From NCBI GenBank assembly GCA_050744865.1, contig JBOGHW010000032.1, positions 5,047 through 69,046 on the forward strand: DNA of 64,000 nt, given 5' to 3'. Below the pieces are notes generated by a model. That model ran no database searches, had not been told where the DNA came from, and saw only the letters and a list, made by a program, of their open reading frames with translations. Origin of the DNA: Acidimicrobiales bacterium (GTDB lineage: Bacteria > Actinomycetota > Acidimicrobiia > Acidimicrobiales > Bog-793). This document shows positions 60,945 to 64,000 of this stretch, in pieces (position 1 is the first letter of the stretch; every line of letters begins with the position of its first letter). Both the position numbers and the translations under genes were made by a program.

Positions 60945-62178
60945 CTTCACTCCCGGCAGCGTAGGCATGGCCGACGGCGTGCACGTCGTAGCCCGCCTGC
61001 TTGGCTTGCTCGATGACGGCGGCGGCGTGCGCCGGATTGCGCGTCTCCAGCACCAGATGGACGGCGGTCTCCCTGATGTGCAAGTCGAAACCCTCCCGCA
61101 AGTGCACAACGTCCACGATGTTGGCCCCGCTCGAGGCAACTTGGCTGAGCAGCCTGGCAAGGTTGCCCGGCCTGTCCGAGATGCGGGCGAAGAGCACGAG
61201 CCGGCGGCCGGCGCGGGTCTCCTGGCGGCGGATGGCCGGTCCCAGCACGCCCGTGTCCACGTTGCCGCCCGAGAGCACCACGACCGTCGTCCCGGAACCC
61301 GGTGCCGGCGCTTCGACGCTCCCGTTCATGAGCGCAGCCACACCCACGGCACCGGCTCCCTCGACGACGAGCTTGGCTCGCTCCATCAACAGCACCATCG
61401 CGTTTGCGATCTCGTCCTCGTCGACTGTCACGACTTGATCGACGTAGGTGGCGATGAGCGGGAGCGTGAGGTCTCCCGGGCGGTTGACGGCGATCCCGTC
61501 GGCCAAGGTGGCCCGCCGTTCGACTTCGACCGGAACGCCGGCGGCCAACGACGCCGGCCAGGGTGCCACGTTGGCAGCCTGCACAGCCACGACCCGAACC
61601 GCTGGACGCAGCGCCTTCAGCGCCAGCGCGGTGCCGCCGGCCAAGCCTCCCCCGCCGAGCGGCACGACGACCAGTGCGAGATCGGGTACGTCCTCGACCA
61701 GCTCGATACCCAAAGTGCCCTGGCCGGCGATGACCGCCGGGTCGTCGTAAGGGTGGACGAGGACTGTTCCTCGTTCGAGGGCGCGGGCCTTGGCGAGCTC
61801 GATGCAGTCGCCGAGTGTGCCGCCGCCCAGGTGGACCGTCGCTCCGTAGGCGAGCGTCGCCTCGGACTTGGCCACCGACGCCTCGGCCGGCATGAAGACC
61901 TCGCAGGGAAAGCCGCGCCTGGCGGCGACATAAGCCGCCGCCTGAGCGTGGTTCCCGGCACTGGCGACGACAATGCCCGCGGCGGCCACATCGCCGAGCG
62001 AGGCGAGCTTGTTCGAGACCCCACGGACCTTGAACGACCCCGTCCGCTGCAGGTTCTCGGCCTTGTAGAGGACCGGCGCTCCGAGCTGCTCTGACAGCAC
62101 CCGCGAACCGAACACCGGTGTCCGGTTCGCAACCTCTTCCACGATGGGGCGCGCCCGCTCGACGTCCCCGAAGTCCAC
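60937..62178 (-). CDS. ilvA: threonine ammonia-lyase (PLP-dependent, with one C-terminal ACT-like domain)
   Basis: YKAENLQRTGSFKVRG (PLP Lys), ASAGNHAQ, VPLGGGGLAGG. The C-terminal segment is LVLFARISDRPGNLARLL. Confidence 0.9.
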   Translation of the reverse strand: MDFGDVERARPIVEEVANRTPVFGSRVLSEQLGAPVLYKAENLQRTGSFKVRGVSNKLASLGDVAAAGIVVASAGNHAQAAAYVAARRGFPCEVFMPAEASVAKSEATLAYGATVHLGGGTLGDCIELAKARALERGTVLVHPYDDPAVIAGQGTLGIELVEDVPDLALVVVPLGGGGLAGGTALALKALRPAVRVVAVQAANVAPWPASLAAGVPVEVERRATLADGIAVNRPGDLTLPLIATYVDQVVTVDEDEIANAMVLLMERAKLVVEGAGAVGVAALMNGSVEAPAPGSGTTVVVLSGGNVDTGVLGPAIRRQETRAGRRLVLFARISDRPGNLARLLSQVASSGANIVDVVHLREGFDLHIRETAVHLVLETRNPAHAAAVIEQAKQAGYDVHAVGHAYAAGSEDG

Positions 62179-62229
62179 AACCGGCCCGGCCGGCCCGCCC
62201 GTCAGAGGGACCTCGGCCGATCGCCCTTG

Positions 62230-63123
62230 CTAGACGGCACCGAGGTCACCGACGACAGCGACCATGAGGTCGCCTGCCTCGGTCGGGTTCCTGGCCACGG
62301 TAACGCCAGCCGCCGCGAGGGCCTCCATCTTGGCCTTGGCGGTGCCCTTTGAGCCGGACACTATGGCGCCGGCATGACCCATCTTCCGTCCCTCCGGGGC
62401 GGTGACGCCTGCCACGTAAGCAACGACGGGCTTGGTCATGCAGTCGCGAATGTAGTCGGCCGCCCTCTCCTCCCCGTCGCCGCCTATCTCGCCGATCATC
62501 ATGACAGCCCGAGTGTCGGGATCTGCCTGGAAGGCCGCCAGGACGTCCACGAACGACGTGCCGGGCACCGGATCGCCCCCGATGCCCACGCAAGTCGTTT
62601 GCCCGACACCCTGCTGCGAGAGCTCATGCAGCGCCTGGTAGGTCAGCGTGCCGGAGCGGCTGACGATGCCCACCGGCCCGCCCGGCAGGGCTATGTCGCC
62701 CGAGGTGATGCCGATGTTGCACTTGCCGGGGGAGATGACGCCAGGGCAGTTCGGTCCGAGCAGCCGGGTCCCGGGGAAGTCACGGCGCAGCCGGGCTCCT
62801 ACGACGGCTTCGTCCTTGGCCGGGATGTGCTCGGTAATGCAGACCACGAAGCCGATCCCGGCTCGGGCCGCTTGCAGGACGGCTTCTGCGGCTGCGCGTG
62901 GCGGCACCGCCACGAACGAGGCGTCGGCGCCAGTCTCGGCCACCGCCTCTGCCATCGAGTCGAACACAGGTATGCCCTCGACGTCGGTACCGCCCTTGCC
63001 AGGCGTCACGCCGGCCACGACGTTGGTGCCGTAAGCCTTGTTGCGAAGCCCGTGGAAGCGCCCCTGGCTGCCGGTAAGGCCCTGGACCACGACACGCGTC
63101 TTCTCGTCCACGAAAATGCTCAC
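62230..63123 (-). CDS. sucD: succinyl-CoA synthetase alpha subunit
   Basis: [32 protein letters not shown] (phospho-His). GTG 63123 overlaps the sucC TGA. Confidence 0.95.
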   Translation of the reverse strand: MSIFVDEKTRVVVQGLTGSQGRFHGLRNKAYGTNVVAGVTPGKGGTDVEGIPVFDSMAEAVAETGADASFVAVPPRAAAEAVLQAARAGIGFVVCITEHIPAKDEAVVGARLRRDFPGTRLLGPNCPGVISPGKCNIGITSGDIALPGGPVGIVSRSGTLTYQALHELSQQGVGQTTCVGIGGDPVPGTSFVDVLAAFQADPDTRAVMMIGEIGGDGEERAADYIRDCMTKPVVAYVAGVTAPEGRKMGHAGAIVSGSKGTAKAKMEALAAAGVTVARNPTEAGDLMVAVVGDLGAV

Positions 63124-64000
63124 GAGGCTTCTCCTGCGATCTCGACGGCGCGCCTGGCGGCGCCCATCATCGTGGTTTCGGGAATGATGCGGTCCGAGCT
63201 GTGCTCCTCCAGTATCCGGCGAGCTTCGACGGCGTTGGTCCCGTCCAGCCGGATCACGATCGGCGACCCCAGCTCGACCCTGCCGAGCGCGGTGATGACG
63301 CCGCGGGCGACTTCGTCGCAACGGACGATGCCACCGAAGATGTTGACGAGGATGACACGCACCTTGTCATCTGTGTTGATGACCTCGAGGGCGTCGGCCA
63401 TCACGTCGGCGTTGGCCCCGCCGCCGATGTCGAGGAAGTTCGCGGCTGATCCGCCGACCTGGTTGACGACGTCAAGGGTGGACATGGCCAAACCGGCCCC
63501 GTTCGCGATGATGCCGACGGACCCGTCCAGGCCGATGTAGTTGAGACCCTTCTGTTTGGCGAGAGCCTCGCGGCTGTCGGTGTCGCCGGCAGCTTCGAAG
63601 TCGACCCAGTCGGGATGGCGGAAGGCGGCGTCGTCGTCGAGCGTCACCTTGGCATCGAGAGCGTGCACGTGCCCTTCGGTCGTCAGCACGAGCGGGTTGA
63701 TCTCGACCAGGTCGGCGTCACCGTCGACGTAGCACTGGTAGAGCTGGGTGAGTATCTCGGCCGCCTCGGCCCGCGCCTCCAGGTCGAGGCCGGCAGCCGT
63801 CACGAGCTCGAGAGCCTGCTCGAGACCGAGACCGTCGAGCGGGTCGATGTGGAGACGAGCGATTGCACCGGGATCCTCGTCGACGACCTGCTCGATGTCG
63901 ACGCCGCCACGGGCTGACACCATCGCCAGGTGCTGGCGCTCGGAACGATCCAGCGTGATGCTGGCGTAGTACTCCTTGGCGATGTCGGTGGCGTGCTCGA
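63120..64000 (-). CDS. sucC: succinyl-CoA synthetase beta subunit, C-terminal ~290 codons (5' end beyond window)
   Basis: LVEINPLVLT, NYIGLDGSVGIIANGAGLAMSTLD, FLDIGGGA, VNIFGGIVRCD. The frame stays open to position 64000. Confidence 0.9.
   Translation of the reverse strand, partial: EHATDIAKEYYASITLDRSERQHLAMVSARGGVDIEQVVDEDPGAIARLHIDPLDGLGLEQALELVTAAGLDLEARAEAAEILTQLYQCYVDGDADLVEINPLVLTTEGHVHALDAKVTLDDDAAFRHPDWVDFEAAGDTDSREALAKQKGLNYIGLDGSVGIIANGAGLAMSTLDVVNQVGGSAANFLDIGGGANADVMADALEVINTDDKVRVILVNIFGGIVRCDEVARGVITALGRVELGSPIVIRLDGTNAVEARRILEEHSSDRIIPETTMMGAARRAVEIAGEAS

Overview
High-GC, actinobacterial-type chromosomal segment. The markers for this are two WhiB-family genes, a DivIVA-domain gene, the UPF0182/PDZ-Lon gene pair and a leaderless-type promoter. 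Coding is dense, with about 57 protein genes. Reading by eye I found no rRNA, tRNA, CRISPR array, transposase or integrase. 0-10.4 kb: accessory and secreted functions (frameshifted acyl-CoA synthetase, RCC1-repeat lipoprotein, CaCA antiporter, S53 sedolisin, aldo/keto reductase, tandem-MarR regulator plus DHA2 efflux pump). 10.8-22.4 kb: envelope/proteolysis block. It holds a PDZ-Lon -> DivIVA::MuF-like fusion -> UPF0182 operon, a HEAT-repeat protein, moaE translationally coupled to an orphan mreB-like gene, an HtrA-like protein with all three catalytic residues replaced, and a DUF2342 metalloprotease. 22.4-28.9 kb: two whiB genes with palindromes upstream, a formiminotransferase, a divergent ChlI-like AAA+/vWA pair and a sulfotransferase. 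29.1-33.1 kb: Sdh1-type sdhCAB plus an SCP2-like gene. 33.6-51.3 kb: a Wzx/Wzy/BY-kinase polysaccharide locus unusually rich in sulfotransferase domains. Four lie in the locus, including a GT2::sulfotransferase fusion, and a fifth sits at 28.1 kb. This is my best candidate for an undescribed system, a multiply sulfated ManNAcA-type surface glycan. 51.3-64 kb: core metabolism (mdh, icd, folD-purH-purN, glyA-ilvA, sucCD). The window also holds many short perfect tandem duplications, four of which span the stop codon of a gene. All functional calls come from motif recognition by eye on the supplied translations; no database search was run.
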